A stretch of DNA of 64,000 nt from Rhodocyclaceae bacterium (GCA_016721505.1 JADKHX010000002.1:37126-101125); one strand, 5' to 3'; positions 50,958 through 60,127 are shown, counted from the first letter of the stretch. A program made the numbers and translations. The notes: generated from the letters alone by a model not told the origin.

Positions 50958-51552
50958 GATGGCTCATAACAGAGGCGAAACAGGGAATTCGCAAAGCACT
51001 GCTTTGCGCCTGTGTAGCGGGTCGGCTGTACTAAGCCGACACTGCACGTCAGCACCAACTGGCAAATTCGGGCTAGACGAACGCGACCTCGATCGCGAAA
51101 TCATTCTCGCCACGCAAGGCGGCTTGCCGCTGGTATCACGTCCCTATCATTTCATCGCCGAGCAACTTGGGGTCGATGCAGGGCAAGTGCAATCACGGCT
51201 TGCCGCCATGCTGGCCGATGGTCGCATTCGCCGCATCGGTGCAGTGCCGAATCACTACGCCATCGGCTACACGGCCAACGGCATGAGTGTCTGGGATGTT
51301 GAAGATGCCCTGATCGACGAATTAGGCGCGCAAGTCGGTGCGCTAAGTTTTGTGACGCATTGCTATCGACGTCCGCGCCGTTTGCCAGCGTGGCCTTACA
51401 ACTTGTTTGCGATGGTGCACGGCGCTACGCGGGATGAGGTGCAAGCCGATGTCACAAAAATTGCTGCCTTGTTAGGTGACGCTTGCCGTGGCCACGACGT
51501 TCTCTATAGCAGCCGGATACTGAAGAAAACCGGACTGCGTATCGGGGGTTAA
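50950..51552 (+). CDS. nirH: siroheme decarboxylase subunit NirH (5' end runs through a repeat element)
   Basis: The conserved NirH sequence begins about LDERDLDREIILATQGGLPLVSRPY (from ~51073). The only in-frame ATGs (50950, 50959) lie upstream of the 95-nt repeat copy C, which stays open in frame. Confidence 0.8.
   Translation: MLEMAHNRGETGNSQSTALRLCSGSAVLSRHCTSAPTGKFGLDERDLDREIILATQGGLPLVSRPYHFIAEQLGVDAGQVQSRLAAMLADGRIRRIGAVPNHYAIGYTANGMSVWDVEDALIDELGAQVGALSFVTHCYRRPRRLPAWPYNLFAMVHGATRDEVQADVTKIAALLGDACRGHDVLYSSRILKKTGLRIGG
50968..51062 (+). repeat. 95-nt long-form repeat element, copy C
   Basis: AACAGAGGCGAAACAGGGAATTCGCAAAGCACTGCTTTGCGCC...GTCAGCACCAACTGG. Contains the perfect palindrome CGCAAAGCA-C-TGCTTTGCG and the hairpin GTCGGC-(8 nt)-GCCGAC. 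Confidence 0.8.
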
Positions 51553-51635
51553 TCCGCGCCACAAAGAATTGGCCGTGCCGCCTTGCGGCAACTGGCGATT
51601 ACTACAGTCAGTCTTGCTAGAGCAAGCTTGATTCG

Positions 51636-51649
51636 TTGACCTAGATCAA
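51636..51649. promoter_or_regulatory. FNR/Dnr-like box upstream of the embedded regulator
   Basis: TTGAC-CTAG-ATCAA, about 100 nt upstream of ATG 51745. Confidence 0.6.
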
Positions 51650-51744
51650 CAACCCTAAGACTCATCGCGATGATCATGGCTTGCCTAAAGTCGCAACGTC
51701 GCTCGGCTTGACCATTTCTTGTCGGCCAACAGGAGTCACTATTG

Positions 51745-53220
51745 ATGAATTCCTTCGCAGATTTTCCAGCCAACGATGCCAGCATTTTTTTGGCGCAAGT
51801 TGATTTTTTCGCCTGCGCTGACCCCCAAACTTTCATTCAAATTACCCGCAACGCACAGACACGAAAATTCCAAGCTGACCAAGTGGTTTGTAGTGTGGGT
51901 GATCAGCCGAGAACGCTTTTCGTTGTGCTCTCCGGGTTGATCAAGCGTGCCTTGCTTGCCGAGTGCGGACATGAGAGTGTGGCCGATCTAATCACGCCTG
52001 GGCGATATTTTGGCGACACCGAACTTTTTTCACAACGCCCGTTCGGGATTAGCGCCGTTGCTGTCGAACCAACAGAAGTGCTGTGCATTGACGGGGAAAG
52101 TATTCGCAAAGCAGTCGAACAGGATTCACGTTGGGCGAGCCACCTTATTTCATTGATGGCGCGCGGCAGACTTAGTAGCGACGCTGAACGCGCCATCGCG
52201 CCAACACGGTCGAGCTGCGAACGCGTGCTCGATTATCTGCTCGACTTAGCGGAAAAGAGCCACGCGGAAGGATGGGGAACAACCGTCAGATTGATGACCA
52301 CCAAACAGTTGATCGCTGCGCGAATCGGATTGACACCAGAGACCTTTTCTCGCGCCCTGCGGCAGCTTTCTGACGAGGGGAAAATCCTCGTTGATGGACG
52401 TCACGTGACATTGCGTGAAATGCTTATCGAAAGCTGGCCATCATCGAAGGCCGCCACGCAATCGGTCCGCCCTTCTCTCGATGTAGGGCGTATCGAAATT
52501 TACGAAAGTCCAACGCTTAACACCATCAACATCGCTGGCAGGCAGCGCATGTTGTCGCAGCGGATGAGCAAGTTCTGGCTAATGATTCAGCACGGCATCA
52601 CAGTGCGGCATGCACAAAATAAGTTGCAGCAAGCCATGGCTGAATTTGAGCTGCAAATGATTCACCTGCATAACTTAACGGCCAACGACAAAATCGCGCA
52701 GTCGCTCAAAGTCTTGGACGACATGTGGCGTGTGTTCCGTATGCAGTTGCTGCAGGCAGATGCCGGCGACACCGATAAAGTTTTATCCCAGGGTGAACAG
52801 GTGATGCGGGCCGCCAATGAGTTAACCGCGAAATATGTCGCTTTCGTCAACGACGCAAGCGCGCAATTGGTCAACCTGGCCGGGCGTCAAAGAATGCTGT
52901 CGCAACACATTGCCAAGCTTTATGTGCTGCAGCATTCAGGTGCGGTCAGCCGTGAGGCCGACTCAAAATTGCATGCAGCACGACAGGAATTTTCCAAGGC
53001 CCTGCTTGAGTTGCTACGCTCAGCAAACAACCATCCTGTCCTAAAGCGACAGTTGCGCCTTGTTTCCAGTCAATGGTCGGCCATGAGCAAAGGCTTGGAC
53101 GACCCGTCCCAAACCAATGCGGCGCGGAGTGCAAGCCAAATTTCTTTGGCAAGTGAGCGTGTAGTAAAGCAGCTAGACAACGTGGTTGTTTTCTATTCGA
53201 CGTTGAAAAAGGTCGCTTGA
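51745..53220 (+). CDS. Crp/Fnr-type regulator fused to two C-terminal PilJ/NarX-P-box-like four-helix sensor modules
   Basis: cNMP-like barrel (FVVLSGLIK...YFGDTELF) and an HTH with E--SR (PETFSRALRQL). These are followed by two ~110-aa repeats, each opening with N(I/L)AGRQRMLSQ(R/H). I see no hydrophobic segment anywhere. AGGAG RBS 9 nt before the ATG. Confidence 0.75.
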   Translation: MNSFADFPANDASIFLAQVDFFACADPQTFIQITRNAQTRKFQADQVVCSVGDQPRTLFVVLSGLIKRALLAECGHESVADLITPGRYFGDTELFSQRPFGISAVAVEPTEVLCIDGESIRKAVEQDSRWASHLISLMARGRLSSDAERAIAPTRSSCERVLDYLLDLAEKSHAEGWGTTVRLMTTKQLIAARIGLTPETFSRALRQLSDEGKILVDGRHVTLREMLIESWPSSKAATQSVRPSLDVGRIEIYESPTLNTINIAGRQRMLSQRMSKFWLMIQHGITVRHAQNKLQQAMAEFELQMIHLHNLTANDKIAQSLKVLDDMWRVFRMQLLQADAGDTDKVLSQGEQVMRAANELTAKYVAFVNDASAQLVNLAGRQRMLSQHIAKLYVLQHSGAVSREADSKLHAARQEFSKALLELLRSANNHPVLKRQLRLVSSQWSAMSKGLDDPSQTNAARSASQISLASERVVKQLDNVVVFYSTLKKVA

Positions 53221-53321
53221 GACTGAAATCCACTAACTCTTTGCGCCAAAAGTAGTAAGGGTATTCCGGCAGTCACTGACCCGCTGAAGTCGTTTGGCCG
53301 AAAACTCCCATAGGCCTGCAC

Positions 53322-53335
53322 TTGATATCAGTCAA
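53322..53335. promoter_or_regulatory. FNR/Dnr-like box upstream of nirJ
   Basis: TTGAT-ATCA-GTCAA. It overlaps the first ATG offered by the ORF track. Confidence 0.6.
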
Positions 53336-53370
53336 TGCGCGCCCCTAACAGTTTGGGGTCCAATGACCCC

Positions 53371-54528
53371 ATGTTCCGAATATCTCAATACATGCAGGAA
53401 ATTTTGGCGCCAACGCCGCTCGGGCCGGTGCGAAAACCACCCGCGCCGGTCGTCATCTGGAATTTAATCCGGCGTTGCAATCTGACTTGCAAACATTGCT
53501 ATTCCATTTCTGCCGACAAAGATTTTGCAGGTGAATTGTCGACGCAAGAAATCTTCTCGGTGATGGATGATCTCAAAGCTTTTCGCGTACCGGCGCTGAT
53601 ATTGTCTGGCGGCGAACCCTTATTGCGGCCTGACATTTACGACATCGCGCGACGGAGCAAGGCGATGGGTTTTTATACCGCCTTGTCCTCGAATGGCACG
53701 CTCATTGATGCAGCGGTCTGCGCCAAAATCGGCGAGATCGGCTTCGATTATGTTGGCATCAGCCTCGATGGTCTGGGTGCAACCCACGACAAGTTTCGCC
53801 GCATGGTGGGCGCCTTTGATAAATCGCTCGCCGCGATTCGGCTGTGCCACGCAGCAGGGATGAAGGTCGGTGTGCGTTACACGATGACGCAAGACAATGC
53901 GCACGACCTTCCCGGTTTGCTAAAACTGATTGAAGACGAAGGCATAGACCGCTTTTATTTCTCACATCTGAATTACGCCGGTCGCGGCAACGTCAACCGC
54001 AAGACCGACGCGCAACATCAAAAAACGCGGCAGGCGATGGACCTTTTGTTCGACACTTGTCTGGACTATCAACAACGCGGTGTGTTCAAGGAATTCACCA
54101 CCGGCAACAACGATGCCGACGGGGTTTATCTGCTGCACTGGGTAGCGCGACGCTTCCCCGAACGGCTCGAACACATCCGGCAAAAATTGCTGCAGTGGGG
54201 CGGCAATTCCAGCGGCGTTAATGTTGCCAATATCGATAACTTGGGCAACGTGCATCCCGACACCATGTGGTGGCATCACAACTTGGGCAATGTACGCAAT
54301 CGACCATTCAGCGAAATCTGGATGGACACTTCCGACCCGCTAATGGCTGGCTTGAAAGCAAAACCGCGCCAAGTCGGCGGGCGTTGTGGTGAGTGCGCGC
54401 ACTTCGCTATTTGCGGCGGCAACACCCGCGTTCGCGCGCAACAAACCAGCGGCAACGCGTGGGCAGAAGACCCGGGGTGTTATTTGACTGATGCGGAAAT
54501 CGGACTTGAAACGTGCGCCACGGTTTAG
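53371..54528 (+). CDS. nirJ: radical SAM heme d1 biosynthesis protein
   Basis: CNLTCKHCY (CxxxCxxC). Start taken at MFRISQYM (ATG 53371), matching the conserved NirJ N-terminus. Confidence 0.9.
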   Translation: MFRISQYMQEILAPTPLGPVRKPPAPVVIWNLIRRCNLTCKHCYSISADKDFAGELSTQEIFSVMDDLKAFRVPALILSGGEPLLRPDIYDIARRSKAMGFYTALSSNGTLIDAAVCAKIGEIGFDYVGISLDGLGATHDKFRRMVGAFDKSLAAIRLCHAAGMKVGVRYTMTQDNAHDLPGLLKLIEDEGIDRFYFSHLNYAGRGNVNRKTDAQHQKTRQAMDLLFDTCLDYQQRGVFKEFTTGNNDADGVYLLHWVARRFPERLEHIRQKLLQWGGNSSGVNVANIDNLGNVHPDTMWWHHNLGNVRNRPFSEIWMDTSDPLMAGLKAKPRQVGGRCGECAHFAICGGNTRVRAQQTSGNAWAEDPGCYLTDAEIGLETCATV

Positions 54529-56135
54529 CGAAAGATTTTGCGAAAAACTGCTTCGCGTGGATCTTGTGTTTGCTCAGCGTCACCGCCTCGCCCGGCCACG
54601 CCGCTGACGCCGCAGCGCTGTATCAACAACACTGTGCTGCTTGCCATGGCAGCGACAGAATCGGCGCGATGGGACCAGCACTGTTGCCGGAAAGTTTGGA
54701 GCGCCTGAAAAAAGCTGAAGCCCTGAAAGTCATCCGCGATGGCCGGGCAGCGACACAAATGCTGGGCTTTGCTGATCGATTGTCGGCGGAAGAAATCACG
54801 CAAGTCGGTGAGTATATTTTGGCCGGGGCCAAACGGGGAATCCGCCAAGCATTCTTGGCAGCGCCTGTAACCAGAGCACCAACTCACACAGAAGCAAATA
54901 TTCGCGCCTCACGTATTGTTCATTTCAGCAACCTGCCTGCCACACCGTCGCCGATTTTCGCCAGGCGCGACATGATTAATTTGTTTTTGGTGGTCGAGGC
55001 GGGTGACCATCACGTCAGCATTTTGGATGGCGACAAGTTGGAAGTCATTCATCGCTTCGCCAGTCGCTATGCATTGCATGGCGGACCAAAATTCACGGCC
55101 GACGGACGCTATGTTTTTTTCGCTTCGCGCGATGGCTGGGTGAGCAAATTTGATATCTGGAATTTGAAGACGGTCGCCGAAATCCGCGTCGCATTGAACA
55201 CGCGCAATGTTGCGGTGTCGGAGGATGGCAAATGGGTCATCGCCGCGAATTACTTGCCGGGCAATCTGGTTCTGCTCGATGGTGATTTGAATCTAGTCAA
55301 AGTGATCGCCGCCACAACGCTGGATGGCAGCAAGTCGTCGCGCGTTTCAGCCGTGTATGACGCCGCACCGCGCAAGAGCTTTGTCGCGGCACTCAAAGAC
55401 ATCCCGGAGATTTGGGAAATTTCTTACGACCCGACGATCGAACCGATCTACAACGGCATGGTGCATGACTACAAGATGGGCGAAGGCATCGCGATTCCCG
55501 GATTTCACAACCCGCGCCGCACCACGCTCGAAAGCCCCCTGGACGACTTTTTCTTTGATGCCTCCTACGCGCATGTGATGGGGGCAAGCCGGGCGGGTCG
55601 CGGCCAGGTCGTGCATCTGGATGTCAGAAAGAAAATTGCTGATTTGGATATTCCCGGTATGCCACATCTGGGTTCCGGCATCACCTGGACGCGCGACGGT
55701 CGTACCGTGATGGCCAGCCCGAATCTGAAAGATGGTGTGGTCAGCGTGGTGACTATGGACGACTGGAAAGTGATCAAGCAGATCCCCACCTTGGGGCCAG
55801 GTTTCTTTATGCGTAGTCACAGCAACACACCCTATGCGTGGGTAGATTCGATGATGAGCCCAGCCAAGAACACGCTGCAGATCATCGACAAACAGACGCT
55901 GGAAAAGGTGGCCGAGGTCAGCACCGAGCCCGGCAAAACTTTGGCGCACGTTGAGTTCGACCGCTATGGCAAATATGTGCTGGCCAGCCTGTGGGAACGC
56001 AAACAGGATGGCGGCGCAATCATCGTTTACGACGCCAAAACGTTCAAAGAAATCAAACGTATTCCCATGGATAAGCCAGTGGGCAAATACAACCTCTACA
56101 ACAAGATTACCCGCTCGGAAGGCACGTCTCACTGA
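54513..56135 (+). CDS. nirN: NirN (cytochrome c plus cd1-like propeller; dihydro-heme d1 dehydrogenase)
   Basis: 540 aa. Signal peptide and CAACHG, then a cd1-type propeller. GTG start overlapping nirJ. Confidence 0.88.
   Translation: MRHGLAKDFAKNCFAWILCLLSVTASPGHAADAAALYQQHCAACHGSDRIGAMGPALLPESLERLKKAEALKVIRDGRAATQMLGFADRLSAEEITQVGEYILAGAKRGIRQAFLAAPVTRAPTHTEANIRASRIVHFSNLPATPSPIFARRDMINLFLVVEAGDHHVSILDGDKLEVIHRFASRYALHGGPKFTADGRYVFFASRDGWVSKFDIWNLKTVAEIRVALNTRNVAVSEDGKWVIAANYLPGNLVLLDGDLNLVKVIAATTLDGSKSSRVSAVYDAAPRKSFVAALKDIPEIWEISYDPTIEPIYNGMVHDYKMGEGIAIPGFHNPRRTTLESPLDDFFFDASYAHVMGASRAGRGQVVHLDVRKKIADLDIPGMPHLGSGITWTRDGRTVMASPNLKDGVVSVVTMDDWKVIKQIPTLGPGFFMRSHSNTPYAWVDSMMSPAKNTLQIIDKQTLEKVAEVSTEPGKTLAHVEFDRYGKYVLASLWERKQDGGAIIVYDAKTFKEIKRIPMDKPVGKYNLYNKITRSEGTSH
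54872..54885 (+). repeat. degenerate core motif copy in the nirN interdomain linker
   Basis: CAGAGCACCAACTC, read as TRAPTH. Confidence 0.35.
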
Positions 56136-57319
56136 TGTCATTACTGACCATAAAAGATCCGGTGCCAACCAAACCAGCACAGACGTTTGCGCTGTTCGCG
56201 CTGGGCTTTCGGCCTTTCTATTTGCTCGCCGCGTCATTCACCGCCATGGCGCTTCCGGTGTGGATGCTGGTGTTATCGGGCGTGGTGTCCTTGCCCTTGC
56301 CGGGAATTTTTTGGCACGCGCATGAAATGATTTTTGGCTTTGCGGCTGCCGTCATCGTCGGCTTTTTATTCACTGCCGGCCGCAACTGGACAGGGCTACC
56401 CACCCCAACCGGCGGGCCGCTCGCGGCGCTCGCGGGCCTGTGGTTGCTCGGGCGCATCGGCATGGCATGGAGTGGTGGCGTTGTCGCCGCGCTGATTGAT
56501 TGGGCGTTCCTGCCCGCTGCTGCAATCGCTCTGGCCTTAGTGTTGATCAAGGCCGATAGTCGGCGCAACTATTTCATCATCGTATTACTGAGCGTATTGG
56601 CACTGGCCAACGCGGCCTTTCACCTTGCGCGTCTGGACGCCATCACGCTCGACCCCTTGCGCCCATTGTGGTTCGCGCTGGGCTTGATCACGGTGTTGGA
56701 AACTGTCATCGGTGGTCGGGTGATTCCGATGTTCACCGCGTCGGCATTGCGCGGTGTGAAGCAGTGGCAGCATCGACAGTTTGAACTCAGCGCCATCGCC
56801 TTGACAGCCATCGCGCTGCTGCTGTGGGTGTTGGATTTGAGCGCGATTGGCGCGCCACTGGCGGCGCTTGCCGCTGTCATGCAACTTGTCCGCTGCATCG
56901 GCTGGAACCCATGGGCGGCGCGGCGCTCACCTTTGCTGTGGATTCTGCACCTCGCTCATCTGTGGATTCCCACCGGCCTCGCGCTATTGGCTCTGGTGCA
57001 ATGGGGCGTATTGCCGCGTTCGGCGGCGGTGCATGCGCTGGCCATTGGCGCCACCGGCGGCTTGATTATCGGCATGATCACCCGCACCGCGCTGGGTCAC
57101 ACAGGTCGCATGCTGGTGGCCGGCAAGATTGAGATCACCGCCTATGTTCTGGTACAACTGGCCGCCGTTTCGCGCGTGCTGACGATTATTGCCTTCCCCA
57201 GTTTGATCCTCGGCGGCACGCACCTCGCCGCGACCTTGTGGGCCATCGCTTTCGGTCTGTATTTCATTCGCTATCTGCCGTGGTTAGCCAGCTCGCGTCC
57301 TGACGGTCGTCCGGGATAA
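56135..57319 (+). CDS. nnrS: NnrS family membrane protein
   Basis: 394 aa, about 12 TM, His-rich N-terminal helices (FWHAHEMIFGF). ATG overlaps the nirN stop. Confidence 0.85.
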   Translation: MSLLTIKDPVPTKPAQTFALFALGFRPFYLLAASFTAMALPVWMLVLSGVVSLPLPGIFWHAHEMIFGFAAAVIVGFLFTAGRNWTGLPTPTGGPLAALAGLWLLGRIGMAWSGGVVAALIDWAFLPAAAIALALVLIKADSRRNYFIIVLLSVLALANAAFHLARLDAITLDPLRPLWFALGLITVLETVIGGRVIPMFTASALRGVKQWQHRQFELSAIALTAIALLLWVLDLSAIGAPLAALAAVMQLVRCIGWNPWAARRSPLLWILHLAHLWIPTGLALLALVQWGVLPRSAAVHALAIGATGGLIIGMITRTALGHTGRMLVAGKIEITAYVLVQLAAVSRVLTIIAFPSLILGGTHLAATLWAIAFGLYFIRYLPWLASSRPDGRPG

Positions 57320-57408
57320 ATTTCGCACCAAGGTTCAGGTTGTTTTACTGACAAAATTCAATTGGTAGTTGTGCCATTGAAATAGCTATCCTTTAACCCG
57401 AGGTAGAC

Positions 57409-57801
57409 ATGAAGACCATCACCAAGATCAACCCGCCCGGCACCGAGGCGATTTACAAAGCTTACAAATTCTCGCAGGCCATGGTCTGCGACGGCATCGT
57501 CGAAGTCTCGGGCCAGGTCGGTCTGGCTGCTGATTCCACTGTTCCCGAGGACATCAGCGAGCAGGCCCGCAACGCGTTCACCAACTTGAGGCATGTGCTC
57601 GAAGCTGCGGGCTCCGACCTGCGCCACGTCCTGCACCTCACCCAATATCTGACCAATATCGAGGACGCCCGCGCCGTCACTAAAGTGTTCGCGGAATTCT
57701 TTCCCAGCGACTACCCGGCCTGCACCGTCGTGCAGGTGGTCGCGCTGGTGCTGCCACAGCTGAAGATTGAAATTCAGGCCAGGGCGGTCGTTAAAGACTG
57801 A
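57409..57801 (+). CDS. RidA/YjgF family protein
   Basis: 130 aa. Size and C-terminal pattern (LKIEIQARAVV) are typical of the family. Confidence 0.7.
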   Translation: MKTITKINPPGTEAIYKAYKFSQAMVCDGIVEVSGQVGLAADSTVPEDISEQARNAFTNLRHVLEAAGSDLRHVLHLTQYLTNIEDARAVTKVFAEFFPSDYPACTVVQVVALVLPQLKIEIQARAVVKD

Positions 57802-57843
57802 GGTGGCCGGCGAAAATACGATCGAGCCGGCGCCATCCGCCGC

Positions 57844-58947
57844 TTAGAAATTGTGCCGGATTCCCGCGCCGACCAGTTTGGCAGTCGCGCCAGGGGTGGG
57901 ACGATTGAAAGTATCGGCGCTGAACTGTGTCGTGTCGTCGTTTAGCGTCAGGTTGTAGCCCGCATATAGCAGTGTTCGTTTGCTCAGGGCGTGTTCGACA
58001 ATAAGCCCCATCGAGGTCGAATCGGCCTGATCGAGATTGTGGTCGTGCAGGTGCGAGACTTGGATGCCGATGCTGTCGATTTCGCTCAAATGGTATTGCA
58101 GACCGAGGTTAGATTGATCAAAGGTGCGTTTGTTTGAACCGCCGACGATAGCACCACCGCTACGCTCAGTGCGCACAAAAATGCCGGCAATCTTGACCCG
58201 ATCCAAGGTCCACGATAACGCGGCCGAACTATCGTGGATTGCGATCGGTGGGGCGTTCCCCAAATGCTGGGTCAGTTGGGTTCCGGCAAAAAAAGCAAGC
58301 TGCTCACCGTGGTAGTAAGTGGCAATCAGCGTGGCGCGTTCCTGATTGCTGGCGTAGGTCTTGTCGTCCCCGCCATAAGGTGCAAAAGCATAGACGACGA
58401 AGTGTTGCCAGCCGCCGAGTACGGGCGACATGTAGCGCACGGCGTTGCTGAAGTGCGTCGGGTCGGCGCGGCTGTTGAGCGGCGTCGGCAGCAGAACCAG
58501 CAAGCCGCTGAAGACACTGCCGCCGACGGGATCAAAATACTGCATGATTTTGACCGGGCTGCTCATCCGGCCGGCCGTCACCGTGCCGTAGTCGCCACTT
58601 ATGCCGACATAACCCTGACGTGACAGCGTCCGACTACCAAAACTCGGCGCGCCGATGCCGGAATTCTGATCCACCGCCAGACCGTATTCCAGCCGGGCAA
58701 TCGCGTTGAGACCAGGCGAGATCGCTTCCTGAATCCGCCAGCCAATGACGCTGGCGTCGTGGCACCCGGACTCGATGCCGGAGCGCTTACTGCCCGACCC
58801 GTTGGTCGAATGCATTGCACAGACATCAACAGTTCCGTACATCGCGCTGCTGCCCTGAGCGCCAGCATTGCCGGCCAGGAACATGCTGGCCAGACAGATA
58901 GCCAAACCGGTGGTAAGTCCTCGACCGGGCAAGGTAAATGTCATCAT
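57844..58947 (-). CDS. Gram-negative general porin
   Basis: Start at ATG 58947 gives the signal peptide MMTFTL...NAGAQG. Alternating beta-strand pattern and C-terminal ...GIRHNF. Confidence 0.85.
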   Translation of the reverse strand: MMTFTLPGRGLTTGLAICLASMFLAGNAGAQGSSAMYGTVDVCAMHSTNGSGSKRSGIESGCHDASVIGWRIQEAISPGLNAIARLEYGLAVDQNSGIGAPSFGSRTLSRQGYVGISGDYGTVTAGRMSSPVKIMQYFDPVGGSVFSGLLVLLPTPLNSRADPTHFSNAVRYMSPVLGGWQHFVVYAFAPYGGDDKTYASNQERATLIATYYHGEQLAFFAGTQLTQHLGNAPPIAIHDSSAALSWTLDRVKIAGIFVRTERSGGAIVGGSNKRTFDQSNLGLQYHLSEIDSIGIQVSHLHDHNLDQADSTSMGLIVEHALSKRTLLYAGYNLTLNDDTTQFSADTFNRPTPGATAKLVGAGIRHNF

Positions 58948-59188
58948 CAATCCAAGAAAAGTGGCATTGGAACTACCGGGACATGAGTTCGAACACAGAC
59001 GGCTGACCATGATTGACGCATCGTACTGCGCTGCCGAAATAAGGACATGATTAAGATCAATCATCCACGACATCGTGTCGGGTCTTTATCAGATTCGCTG
59101 GCTCAGCACCTCGGGCAGCCGAAATAAACAGCGCCGCCATCTTGTAGGTTTTTTGTGCCGCGCATGCGCGCCGCCGGCGTTTTGAAAA

Positions 59189-59202
59189 TTGACCGCAGTC
59201 AA
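59189..59202. promoter_or_regulatory. Dnr/NNR-type box upstream of the second oxidase operon
   Basis: TTGAC-CGCA-GTCAA, a symmetric sequence about 100 nt upstream of ATG 59304. Confidence 0.6.
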
Positions 59203-59303
59203 GGCATTTGGTGAACGCCGCGCCTAGCATCAGGTCGTGTGGAGCTTGGATCAGCCAAGCGCCAAATCCTGTCACTGAGCAAGCCACCTGAGGAGAACAT
59301 CCC

Positions 59304-59456
59304 ATGAATGAAAACGAAACCGATGCCCCCGTGCCCTTCATGCAACAGCTTTTGGACAACCCGTTTCTGTTGTTGTTCCTGGGCGTGATGATTCCGATGG
59401 TGGTCTACAGCCTGTGGGGCGTGATCGACATTTTGACCATTCCCGTCGCCAAATAG
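59304..59456 (+). CDS. small single-TM protein, first gene of the second oxidase operon
   Basis: Below the track's cutoff. GAGGAG RBS 7 nt upstream. Translation is MNENETDAPVPFMQQLLDNPFLLLFLGVMIPMVVYSLWGVIDILTIPVAK*. Confidence 0.6.
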   Translation: MNENETDAPVPFMQQLLDNPFLLLFLGVMIPMVVYSLWGVIDILTIPVAK

Positions 59457-59480
59457 TTACGCCTTCAGAGAGGAAAAAAT

Positions 59481-60020
59481 ATGAGCGCAATTCTCCCGCC
59501 CGCAGAACGACTTTGGTGGAAACATCCCCTCGACCGCGTCGAAGGCACCTGGATCGTGATCGCCTTTATCTGGTGCATGATCATGTTCGCCATGATGGTC
59601 GGCTGGCACATTTACGGTAAGCAAAATCTCTCCACCGAAACCTACAAAACCACGCCGGAACTGTTCAGCAAGAAGGCACAGGATGTGGTCGACAAGTACA
59701 CGGTGCGCAAAGAGACCGATAAGGAAATTCCGGTGGTACATCCGCCTCCAGGCAGTGATGTCTATCTCGTTGCACGGCTATGGGATTGGTGGCCGATCAT
59801 CGAACTGGAAAAAGACAAAACCTATAAGCTCCATTTGACCTCGATGGACTTCAACCACGGCTTTTCACTGCAGCCGGTGAACATCAACATTCAAGTCGTG
59901 CCGGGTTACGAGCATGTGGTCAAAGTGACACCGAATCAGTCGGGTACTTTTTCCATCGTCTGCAACGAATTCTGCGGCATCGGCCACGCCAATATGGCCG
60001 GCCGAATTTACGTTAAGTGA
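59481..60020 (+). CDS. heme-copper oxidase subunit II, one TM plus cupredoxin with a complete CuA site
   Basis: 179 aa. H-x34-CNEFCGIGHANM fits H...CxExCx3Hx2M exactly. Confidence 0.88.
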   Translation: MSAILPPAERLWWKHPLDRVEGTWIVIAFIWCMIMFAMMVGWHIYGKQNLSTETYKTTPELFSKKAQDVVDKYTVRKETDKEIPVVHPPPGSDVYLVARLWDWWPIIELEKDKTYKLHLTSMDFNHGFSLQPVNINIQVVPGYEHVVKVTPNQSGTFSIVCNEFCGIGHANMAGRIYVK

Positions 60021-60107
60021 GGGAGTTGATCGTGAAACTACGCGCCAACAATGATCCGATTTATTTCGGCCAAAACCCACAAGCCCTTGTAGCCCACCCA
60101 TCCCCTG

Positions 60108-60127
60108 CCCTTCCCTCGAGGGAAGGG
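60108..60127. repeat. perfect 20-nt palindrome between subunits II and I
   Basis: CCCTTCCCTCGAGGGAAGGG, checked base by base. Confidence 0.9.

Noticed and set aside
55347-56237. 296-aa ORF on the minus strand inside nirN
   Set aside because: It is antisense to a gene with clear cytochrome c and cd1-propeller motifs. It has an Arg/His/Ala-rich, low-complexity composition typical of shadow ORFs in GC-rich coding DNA, and no recognisable motif.
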